64,000 nt of DNA from Candidatus Aenigmatarchaeota archaeon (lineage in GTDB: Archaea; Aenigmatarchaeota; Aenigmatarchaeia; PWEA01; JACQIF01), in NCBI GenBank assembly GCA_016432325.1, contig CP066684.1:704001-768000 (forward strand), written 5' to 3'. The notes beneath the pieces are model-generated. The model saw nothing but the letters and a program-made list of their open reading frames with translations. It was not told the DNA's origin and did no database searches. Positions 48,425 through 55,786 of the stretch are shown here, in pieces. The position numbers and the translations under genes are program-made. Position 1 is the stretch's first letter. Each line of letters starts with the position of its first letter.

Positions 48425-49543
48425 ATGGTCGATGTGGCGAGGATTCTCGAAGACTATAATAAAGAAGCCCTCACTGTCGCAACTCTCGGTTCTCACAGCG
48501 CGCTTGACATCGCGAAGGGAGCGCACGACGAAGGCTTTCAGACGCTTGTCGTCGGCCAAGACGGGCGGGAAGGGCCGTATCAGAAATATCGACATGACTG
48601 CGATGAGAACGATTTTTGCAGGGGCTGCATAAACCACGTCGAAGTTCTGGACAAGTTTACAGATATGGCAACACCAGAGTTTGTGGAAGGACTTCAGACG
48701 CGCAATGCCATCTTCGTTCCACATCGTTCTTTCTCCGTTTACGTTGCGCATAAGATAGGCTACGATGCCGTCATGGACATGGAGGTTCCGTTCTTCGGCA
48801 ACCGCGCGCTCTTGCAGGCGGAGGAGCGCGGACCCCTGGCGCCCAAGCTTAATCAGGATGCGCTTCTTGAACTTGCCGACATTCCGCGGCCGAGGACGTT
48901 CGCATCGCCGGACGAAATCGATATGACCGCCATCGTCAAGGTAAGCAAGGGCCACGGCGACCGCGCCTTCGAGCGTTCGTTCTTCTACGCGCGCAACAAA
49001 GAGGAGTTCTGGCAGAAGGGTAGCAAACTGGTCGGCGAAGGGAAGACGACGCGCGAGCAGCTAAAGGATGCGCACATGGAAGAGTACGTCCATTCGGTCC
49101 GCGAAGACGCGCTTGGAAACGTTCTGGAAGTTCCGGCGCCCAAGTACAACTTCAATTTCTTCAATTCGCCGTTCCACGGACTCGAGTTGCTCGGAATCGA
49201 CACGCGTGTCCAGGCTTCCAACGGCGAAGAGCTTGCGCATCACCCCGGCAGCCTGAAGGAGTCTTTGCTTTCGCAGGTCTTCGACCTAGGCGAGAGGTTC
49301 GTTAATGTTGCGAAAAAGCACGCCGCGCCCGGAGTCATCGGACCGTTCGCCCTGCAGGCCATTTTCAAGGGAGAGAAGGCGCTCGTGTACGACGCGAGCC
49401 TGCGAATGCCGGGCTCTCCTGACACGGAGTTCACTCCGTATTCAGGATATCTGTTTGGCAAACCTGTCAGCTTCGGCAGGCGCATAGCGATGGAGATAAG
49501 GGAGGCAGCCGGCAGGGACGAGCTTCTGGAAGTAGTTACTTGA
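48425..49543 (+). CDS. PurP-like ATP-grasp protein (DUF1246/DUF1297)
   Basis: LGSHSALDI..GA.DEG, VPHRSF..Y, FGNR, GPFALQ, GRRIA.EI. Confidence 0.85.
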   Translation: MVDVARILEDYNKEALTVATLGSHSALDIAKGAHDEGFQTLVVGQDGREGPYQKYRHDCDENDFCRGCINHVEVLDKFTDMATPEFVEGLQTRNAIFVPHRSFSVYVAHKIGYDAVMDMEVPFFGNRALLQAEERGPLAPKLNQDALLELADIPRPRTFASPDEIDMTAIVKVSKGHGDRAFERSFFYARNKEEFWQKGSKLVGEGKTTREQLKDAHMEEYVHSVREDALGNVLEVPAPKYNFNFFNSPFHGLELLGIDTRVQASNGEELAHHPGSLKESLLSQVFDLGERFVNVAKKHAAPGVIGPFALQAIFKGEKALVYDASLRMPGSPDTEFTPYSGYLFGKPVSFGRRIAMEIREAAGRDELLEVVT

Positions 49544-49594
49544 GTCTTGCCGACCAGAAAGTCTATTTAAAAGGGCCGGCTCATCAGGAAACAT

Positions 49595-49657
49595 ATGCGG
49601 GAGTAGCCAGAACTGCGGTTCTGAAACTCCCCCATTGAAGAACATGCGGGAGTAGCC
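49595..49657 (+). repeat. twin-hairpin insert duplicating the tRNA-Leu(GAG) 5' end
   Basis: atgcgggagtagcc at 49595 and 49644; CAGAAC-TGCG-GTTCTG hairpin; ACTCCC complement. Confidence 0.85.
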
Positions 49658-49867
49658 TAGACTGGTCAATGGCGCCGGCTTGAGGGGCCGGTTCCTTAGT
49701 GGATTCGCCGGTTCAAAGCTTTTTGCGCCAATGCGCATAAAGCTCAACGCGCAAAAGGCTTTAGCAGAAATACGCCTTCGTGCATCTTCGAACGATTGCG
49801 TTCGAAGTATTTCGGACGCAGTCCGAAAACGAAGGCGCGCGTTTCGAAATTCCGGCCTCCCGCACCA
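49646..49867 (+). tRNA. tRNA-Leu(GAG) with 133-nt intron at 59/60 (49718-49850)
   Basis: CCGGC-TTGAGGG-GCCGG anticodon arm, long variable arm, 89-nt mature form, encoded CCA. Confidence 0.92.
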
Positions 49868-49897
49868 CTATTTATTCGTTTACACGAAGCGTTGTCC

Positions 49898-50113
49898 ATG
49901 GCATGCGATACGTGTGGCTCGAAGGAAGATCATGACATCTGCATTCTAGGAGTAGAACGGTTGGACATGTACTACGATCCGGCAGGCATCGATGACATGG
50001 CGGAACCGCCGATCGACGAATACGCCGAGAGGAGATTGCGATTGTCTTCTGCCGGCAATCGATCCAACCAAAGAAAACTCGACGACTACGTTATTTCTTC
50101 CCTGCCTTCTTGA
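49898..50113 (+). CDS. small CxxC hypothetical protein
   Basis: MACDTCGSKEDHDIC...; TATA-like sequence after the tRNA. Confidence 0.45.
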   Translation: MACDTCGSKEDHDICILGVERLDMYYDPAGIDDMAEPPIDEYAERRLRLSSAGNRSNQRKLDDYVISSLPS

Positions 50114-51620
50114 CTTTCTTCACCACGTGCCCCTTGACTTCGTCGCCGAAGGAACGGTCTTCCTCGACCCGCTTTTCCGCGCGCTCTGGAACCATCTGCG
50201 GGAATAAAATGACTTCCTTTATGGAGCTCTGGTTGGTTAGCAGCATCACCAAGCGGTCTATACCGATGCCTACGCCGCCTGTGGGAGGCATGCCGCACTC
50301 CAGCGCGCGTATGAAATCTTCATCCATCTGGTGCGCTTCCGCGTGTCCGCGCTTGCGCATCGCGGCCTGCTGCTCGAAGCGCGAGCGCTGGTCTATCGGG
50401 TCGTTGAGCTCCGAAAACGCGTTGGCGAACTCGCGGCCCGTGATGAACAGCTCGAAACGCTCGGTGACGCCCGGTTCCCCGCGCTTCATCTTTGCGAGAG
50501 GCGACACCTCAACAGGATAGTCCGTTATGAACGTCGGGTTAACGATTTTTGGTTCGACGAACTCCTCGAAGAACGCTTCGATGAGCTCTCCGCGAGTGGC
50601 GCCCTTGTCAGTTTCGAGACCGTGTTTCTTCGCCAGCGCGCGCAGCTCTTCCAGCGTACGGCCGAAGGTTTCGATGCCGGCTCCGCGCACGGCGTCTTCC
50701 ATCGTGACGCGCCTCCACGGGGATTTGAGGTTTATCTTCTGGCCTTGATATTCGAATTCGAGCGTTCCGAGCGCCTTTATAGCAACGTGCTGGAATAGCC
50801 GCTCAACAAAGCCCATCATGTACTCGTAGTCCACGTACGCCTCGTAGAACTCCAGCATCGTGAACTCCGGGTTGTGCGTCGTATCGATGCTTTCGTTACG
50901 GAAGTCCTTGCTTATCTCGTAGACCTTTTCCATGCCGGCCACGACGAGACGTTTCAGGTACAGTTCGTCCGCGATGCGGAGATACATATCGACATCCAAA
51001 TCGTTGTGATGCGTTTTGAACGGGCGTGCCATCGCGCCGCCGTATATCGGCTGCAGTATCGGCGTCTCGACCTCGACGTAGCCGTGCTTGTCGAGAAACT
51101 CGCGCGCCGCCTGTATAATCTTGGTGCGCGCGGCGAATATCCTGCGCACGTCGGGGTTCATCACCATATCGAGATATCGCTGCCTGTAGCGCACCTCGAC
51201 GTCCTTCAAACCGAACCACGTCGACGGAATCGGATAGAGGCATTTGGAAAGCAGCACGAGTTCTTCGGCCGCGATGGAGACTTCTCCCTTGAGAGTCTTC
51301 ATGACCTTGCCTTTCGCGCCTATGTGGTCGCCGCGGTCAAGCAGACGGGAAATCCATGCGTACGCGTCGCCTATAGAGTCCGCGGACACGTAGACCTGAA
51401 TCTTGCCTGTTGCGTCTTGCAAATCGATAAACGTCAGCTTGCCGTGAGTGCGTATGCCGTAGATGCGGCCCGCCACGCTGGCGCGCGCGCCTTCGTGCTT
51501 CGCGTAGGCGTTCACTATGTCTCCCGCGGTGTGCGTGCGGTCGTATGCGTACGCAAAGGGCTCGATGCCCAGCTTCTTCAACTCTTCCAGCTTGCGCAGG
51601 CGTTCTGCACGTGTGTCCAT
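50091..51620 (-). CDS. lysS: lysine--tRNA ligase, class II
   Basis: RYRQRYLD, EVETP, GGA.ARPF.T, LRIA.ELYLKRL, FRNE.ID.THNPEFT, G.GIGIDRL. Confidence 0.96.
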   Translation of the reverse strand: MDTRAERLRKLEELKKLGIEPFAYAYDRTHTAGDIVNAYAKHEGARASVAGRIYGIRTHGKLTFIDLQDATGKIQVYVSADSIGDAYAWISRLLDRGDHIGAKGKVMKTLKGEVSIAAEELVLLSKCLYPIPSTWFGLKDVEVRYRQRYLDMVMNPDVRRIFAARTKIIQAAREFLDKHGYVEVETPILQPIYGGAMARPFKTHHNDLDVDMYLRIADELYLKRLVVAGMEKVYEISKDFRNESIDTTHNPEFTMLEFYEAYVDYEYMMGFVERLFQHVAIKALGTLEFEYQGQKINLKSPWRRVTMEDAVRGAGIETFGRTLEELRALAKKHGLETDKGATRGELIEAFFEEFVEPKIVNPTFITDYPVEVSPLAKMKRGEPGVTERFELFITGREFANAFSELNDPIDQRSRFEQQAAMRKRGHAEAHQMDEDFIRALECGMPPTGGVGIGIDRLVMLLTNQSSIKEVILFPQMVPERAEKRVEEDRSFGDEVKGHVVKKVKKAGKK

Positions 51621-51673
51621 CGACTTCACCCATGTACGATGGATAATTGAAACCGCAGTTTCATATTGTCCAT
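51614..51673 (-). promoter_or_regulatory. twin-hairpin leader/uORF duplicating the lysS start
   Basis: ATGGACA at 51673 and 51620, period 53; TGAAAC-TGCG-GTTTCA hairpin; TATCCATCG complement; SD GGTGA. Confidence 0.8.
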
Positions 51674-51777
51674 GAGAACCATTTGCACGCGAAGGTTATA
51701 AGAACGTTACTGAGAAGCCCGTTGGAACCATTCTTCTGAGACAATCAATACTCTAATCCATTCAAGACTCGCTTCCG

Positions 51778-52170
51778 CTACGCGCCCGATCGCCTTTTCT
51801 CCCAAGCGCGTATCGTCTCCGTTGCAGTATCCCGTGCTCTGATGCCATCTCCCAGCATCTTGTATGCGTCAAAAAGTATGGGCCCGCCGTACACCATGTC
51901 AACCTCATCGAGGCAATTCTGCACGCTTTCCACTATCATGGTAAGGTCCTCCCTTGGCACACGTATCCCGTATTCTGTGATTAGGCCGAGAACGTTCCAT
52001 GCCTCGTCGCGGTCGGCATCTTCTGCTTCGTGCGAGCCGCTTGCCAGATAATCCAGAACCTTTTCCCTGGCCGCGATCAGCTCTTCCTTTCCAAGGGCCT
52101 TATTCCGTTCTCGTATATCCAAGGCGCTGATTCGTTCTCGTTTATCCGGGTCACTGAATGAAGGCCTCAT
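51778..52170 (-). CDS. hypothetical protein
   Basis: 130 aa ORF with an upstream TTTAAATA box. Confidence 0.6.
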   Translation of the reverse strand: MRPSFSDPDKRERISALDIRERNKALGKEELIAAREKVLDYLASGSHEAEDADRDEAWNVLGLITEYGIRVPREDLTMIVESVQNCLDEVDMVYGGPILFDAYKMLGDGIRARDTATETIRAWEKRRSGA

Positions 52171-52216
52171 TGTACAACCGAGCCAATAACGCGCGAAAGC
52201 TATTTAAACCGATGTC

Positions 52217-53275
52217 TCACTTCTCGGCCATTATCTCCTTGACCTTCTTTTCCAGATCGGTTTTGTAGGTCTCGGAACGGTCCTCTTTCGAATAGAAGTC
52301 GGTCTTCGCTGCCATCGATATCTTCGCCGCCAGAGCACGCGCGACCTTGCCCCTTTTCTCCTGCGGCGCGTGCTGGATGTACGGATGCGTGAACAGCAGT
52401 CCATACTTGGGCGGTCGCGCGTCCCGTGCGCCCTGCTTGCGCGACTTCATGAAACGGAAGAGCGCCTTCTCCGCGCCGAGGAGCTGTATCGTGGACGCAG
52501 GCATCTTGGCCAAACGCTCGAGAGAGCCGGCGTGCTTGATCATCTTCGCCGCCAGTATCGGTCCCGCGACGGCCGTTGTGTTGGGCGCGACTCCGGGCAT
52601 CGCCCGTTCGAGATACATTTCGTAATCCCTTTTGAGGCCGAACAGGTCCACGGTTTCCGCGGCGTGCAGTCTTATCTGTTCGAGGTCGTCCTCCTCTATG
52701 TACGTGCCTATAGTGTCTTCCTCGCGTTTCGCCCCGTCGACTATCGCCTGCGCGTACTTCTCGTTGTCGCGAGTCTTGCGTTCCAGTTCCGGATGGTAGA
52801 TTCCGTACCACTCGTGCAGGCGTTCTGACATCACGTTCGCTATCTCTGTCAGGTCTTCGATGGAAGCGACGGCCTGCGCGACTATCTTATCCTTGTTCGG
52901 TTTCGCCTTCAGTTTTTCCTTTGTTTCCAGCCGCGCGAGCTCGGAGAGCAGCGCGTTCAGCTCCTGCTGGTCCTTGACAAACCCCGTTTCGACTGCAAGT
53001 TTGCGGACGTTGCTCGCCGCGTACTGCGCGCCCGGGTTGCCGGGCTCGCGCGTTATCTCAAAGCCTTCGTACTCGAAACCCAGGTCTGTGACGAGCGCCT
53101 TGTCCTTGGCTGTCGCGAGAACCTCGTCCAGTTCGGGCGTAGTGACTCCCTTGCGCAGGACGTGCAGCCGCTCCTTGATGGTCGCTGCGTCCCTTGGAAA
53201 CAGGGAGAAGGCTGCAACGTTGAAGTCCTTGTCCAGCGCGAAAACGCCCGCGTAGCAGGCTGTCACGTACAACAT
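52217..53275 (-). CDS. nop5: C/D box sRNP protein Nop5/Nop56
   Basis: RLHEWY..H.PEL, APN...VAG, LAKMPASTIQLLGAEKALF, PKYGL, RGK.ARALA.K. Confidence 0.93.
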   Translation of the reverse strand: MLYVTACYAGVFALDKDFNVAAFSLFPRDAATIKERLHVLRKGVTTPELDEVLATAKDKALVTDLGFEYEGFEITREPGNPGAQYAASNVRKLAVETGFVKDQQELNALLSELARLETKEKLKAKPNKDKIVAQAVASIEDLTEIANVMSERLHEWYGIYHPELERKTRDNEKYAQAIVDGAKREEDTIGTYIEEDDLEQIRLHAAETVDLFGLKRDYEMYLERAMPGVAPNTTAVAGPILAAKMIKHAGSLERLAKMPASTIQLLGAEKALFRFMKSRKQGARDARPPKYGLLFTHPYIQHAPQEKRGKVARALAAKISMAAKTDFYSKEDRSETYKTDLEKKVKEIMAEK

Positions 53276-53306
53276 ATCCGACCGCTCCTCTGAAAGGGTC
53301 GCTCGC

Positions 53307-53376
53307 GAAGGTTTAAATAGCTCATGCCGCAAGGGCGGGAGCTTTAAACCGCCCAGCGCCCGGAAGGTTTAAATAG
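53307..53376. repeat. twin-hairpin insert duplicating the TATA box between nop5 and rps17e
   Basis: gaaggtttaaatag at 53307 and 53363; ctttaaacc complement between. Confidence 0.8.
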
Positions 53377-53397
53377 GCAACGTCTAAACCTCCAGCT

Positions 53398-53691
53398 ATG
53401 GGAAGAAACGAAACCTTCGGTTTCAATCTTCCCCGTGAGTTGAGCTATATGGGAAGAATAAAGACCGCGCAGGTGAAGTCTCTCGGCAAGGATTTCGTCA
53501 AGGCCTATCCGGACAGGTTCACGACAGACTTCGACAAGAACAAGGAGATTCTGGCGACGGCCCAGATGAAGTCCAAGTGGCTCAAGAATCGTCTGGCCGG
53601 ATACACGGCGAAGCTCATGAAGCAGAAGGCCCGCGGCGTCATCATAACCGCTCCTCAGAAACAGGAAGAAGAGAAGAAGGAAGAGACATAG
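53398..53691 (+). CDS. rps17e: 30S ribosomal protein S17e (conserved start at 53449; 51-nt in-frame insert upstream)
   Basis: MGRIKT..VK, FTTDFDKNK, SK.LKNRLAGY; ATGGGAAGAA duplicated. Confidence 0.93.
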   Translation: MGRNETFGFNLPRELSYMGRIKTAQVKSLGKDFVKAYPDRFTTDFDKNKEILATAQMKSKWLKNRLAGYTAKLMKQKARGVIITAPQKQEEEKKEET

Positions 53692-53698
53692 TGGGATT

Positions 53699-54067
53699 TG
53701 GTGCGGAGGGCCGGACATTCTCCATGAATGCGCCAAGGCACATCGTGCCCGCAGGCGGATTTTTCATGAAAGTTTTTGCACGGAAGTGTGCAAAAAGTTT
53801 CGAACCGACGAACGCACTAAGCGACCAGATATCTCGAAGCGCATTTTTGATTTTCGCGTTTCGGATAAGCCTTCTTGAGTGTTGCCTCTCACAGAGTTTC
53901 CTCTCGAAACTCAAGGAACTGGCACCGTTGGTCTACGACTTCGTGTCGGAAGACGTACTTTCCGTGCATCTCGGAACGCGTGCGTTCCGAGTTTCCGAAT
54001 ACCGTTCGGAAATGCTTTTGCGCTCTGTGGCGCAAAAGCTTGCTTGGCCAGGCTTGGTTACCTCCGC
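53699..54067 (-). tRNA. tRNA-Leu(CAA) with four introns (53928-54043 D-loop, 53881-53918 at 30/31, 53831-53873 at 37/38, 53716-53798 at 59/60)
   Basis: Splicing gives an 89-nt Leu cloverleaf with CCAGA-CTCAAGA-TCTGG, long variable arm and A-CCA. Confidence 0.82.
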
Positions 54068-54127
54068 AAACTAAACCGACTTTCTTGCGGCAGGTACAAG
54101 AAGCTTTGCTTCTTGGTTACCTCCGCA
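54053..54127 (-). repeat. twin-hairpin insert duplicating the tRNA-Leu(CAA) 5' end
   Basis: 16-bp repeat TGCGGAGGTAACCAAG, period 59; AAGAAGC-AAA-GCTTCTT hairpin; TACCTGCCGCA complement. Confidence 0.85.
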
Positions 54128-54159
54128 TTGCTAATCGCTTCAGAAACAAAGGATATAAA

Positions 54160-54726
54160 TCACTTAATCCTCGCAAGCTCCTTTTTCAGGTTGGAAAGCT
54201 CGCTCTGCAGCTCGGAGACGTATTGCGTTACGCGCGCCCGCTCCTTGGAGCGCGGTATCTCTATCTCCGCCTCTTCGGGGCGCACGAACTCGCCGTCCAG
54301 AGAGATGAGGACGTCTGTGAGGTCCGTGACCGCCTGGCGCATCGCCTTCATGGTGCTGTCGCGGACGTGCTCCACTTCGTTCAAAAGGACCATTGTATCT
54401 GTCACGCTATGCAGGGACACCTTGATTTCCTCGAGCTTCTGGAGAATCTCCTTGTATCTGTCGATTTTGACGAACAGAGGCGCCATTTCTGACGCACGGA
54501 GAGTGCGTTCCACGGTCTCACCGACAGGCGGCCCGTACACCGGCATCTGAGGAGCTTGCGGAACAGGACCGGAGATGGGCTGGGGCGTCCATGAAGGTGC
54601 AGGAGGCAGGGCCATGGAAGGCGGAGCCATCGGAGGCAAGGGCGGCAGAGGAGGTCGCGCGGCGCCCACCCTGTCTTTTACGGCCTGTATGTCCGTGCGC
54701 TCCTCGCTCTTCTTCCAGAAAGCCAT
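54160..54726 (-). CDS. Pro-rich, coiled-coil hypothetical protein
   Basis: PLFVKIDRYKEIL followed by a coiled coil. Confidence 0.7.
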   Translation of the reverse strand: MAFWKKSEERTDIQAVKDRVGAARPPLPPLPPMAPPSMALPPAPSWTPQPISGPVPQAPQMPVYGPPVGETVERTLRASEMAPLFVKIDRYKEILQKLEEIKVSLHSVTDTMVLLNEVEHVRDSTMKAMRQAVTDLTDVLISLDGEFVRPEEAEIEIPRSKERARVTQYVSELQSELSNLKKELARIK

Positions 54727-54808
54727 TCGCATCCCTATAAGTGTAACAACTGCATAGTGTTCAGGGGAACCCATTTATAAACGTTTCAGCAGTTCTTATC
54801 GTTAACGC

Positions 54809-54935
54809 GCGCCGATGATCTAGTGGCATGATTCGAGCTTCCCAAGCTCGTTGTGCGGGTTCGATGACATCCTGTCCCATGGGGCGGGAGGTTTGAAACG
54901 CGAAGCGTTTCAGGAATATCCCGCTCGGCGCACCA
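54809..54935 (+). tRNA. tRNA-Gly(CCC) with 53-nt intron at 59/60 (54866-54918)
   Basis: GCGCCGA/TCGGCGC acceptor stem, CGAGC-TTCCCAA-GCTCG anticodon arm, encoded CCA. Confidence 0.92.
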
Positions 54936-54964
54936 TTCTAAACCTTCTTGTCTCCGCCTCCTGC

Positions 54965-55064
54965 CGTGCACGGAAAACGGAAGTTTTCCGGCATTTTCGA
55001 ACAGTGGTTCGAAAGGTTCGGATTGCATCCGAACATGCCGAAACGTCTATGCCGTTTCGTGCAC
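54965..55064. repeat. nested twin-hairpin inserts (four hairpins)
   Basis: cgtgcac at 54965 and 55058; hairpins CGGAAAAC/GTTTTCCG, TTTCGAAC/GTTCGAAA, GTTCGGA/TCCGAAC, GAAACG/CGTTTC. Confidence 0.75.
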
Positions 55065-55778
55065 AAGGGCGGGAGGCCCGAACTGTATTCGTGTCGACGC
55101 CAGCGCATCCGTGAAGAGCCTCTCGTCCGCATCGTTCATCGGCGGCGCGCCGGCATGCTGGACGAGCCACATACCGCTCTCCCGGATCTTCTGGACTGGA
55201 GACGAGAGGCCCAGCCATGTCGGCGACACGCGGCATTCGTTGCAACCGGCCACCGTGCCGATAAGAGAGGCTTCCAAACCGTCCGTGCCCATGCGCTGCG
55301 TTTGATTATCGACAACGATGAACCTGAATGAAAAGTTTTCGCGGAGGATGCGCGTGACCTCGGCTTCGACAGAGCGCTCTTTCTCAATGTCCCGCAACTT
55401 GAAGCCGGCTTCGCGCGAAGCGCGCGTTGTGAAGTCCTTCTCCCAGACAGCGAGGTAGGGATCGTTGGCGCGGTTGAGCAAAGCGCGCCCGATGTTTTTT
55501 CTGAAGATGCTCCTGTCGTGCGGCGGAGATTTCGTTGCGTCAAAATCCATCTTCTTTTCATCGACGAGGAAGTGCTCTGAAACGCGGCTGCGGAAATTTC
55601 CGTCCTTGTGCGTGCCTATGCGCACGATGCGCGGGCGCGAGCCTCCGTGGCCCCATGTCTCTCCTATCTCGTACAAAAAGTAGATGCCGTTGCGCGGAAG
55701 CGCGCTCACGTCAAAGGGCCACCTGACGAGCGGCAGCGTCTCAAGCTTTTCGTGGAGCGCCTTGCACGTCTGGGACAT
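55047..55778 (-). CDS. GIY-YIG-like nuclease
   Basis: GIYFLYE ... RIVRIGTH ... FRSR..EH, late conserved Glu. Confidence 0.6.
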   Translation of the reverse strand: MSQTCKALHEKLETLPLVRWPFDVSALPRNGIYFLYEIGETWGHGGSRPRIVRIGTHKDGNFRSRVSEHFLVDEKKMDFDATKSPPHDRSIFRKNIGRALLNRANDPYLAVWEKDFTTRASREAGFKLRDIEKERSVEAEVTRILRENFSFRFIVVDNQTQRMGTDGLEASLIGTVAGCNECRVSPTWLGLSSPVQKIRESGMWLVQHAGAPPMNDADERLFTDALASTRIQFGPPALVHETA

Positions 55779-55786
55779 CGAAACAC

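Noticed and set aside
18249-53458. Start-codon inserts as BHB mRNA introns
   Set aside because: Their ends are direct repeats rather than complementary and I could not draw a convincing BHB. SD sites and uORF stop geometry favour retention in the mRNA, although splicing is not excluded.
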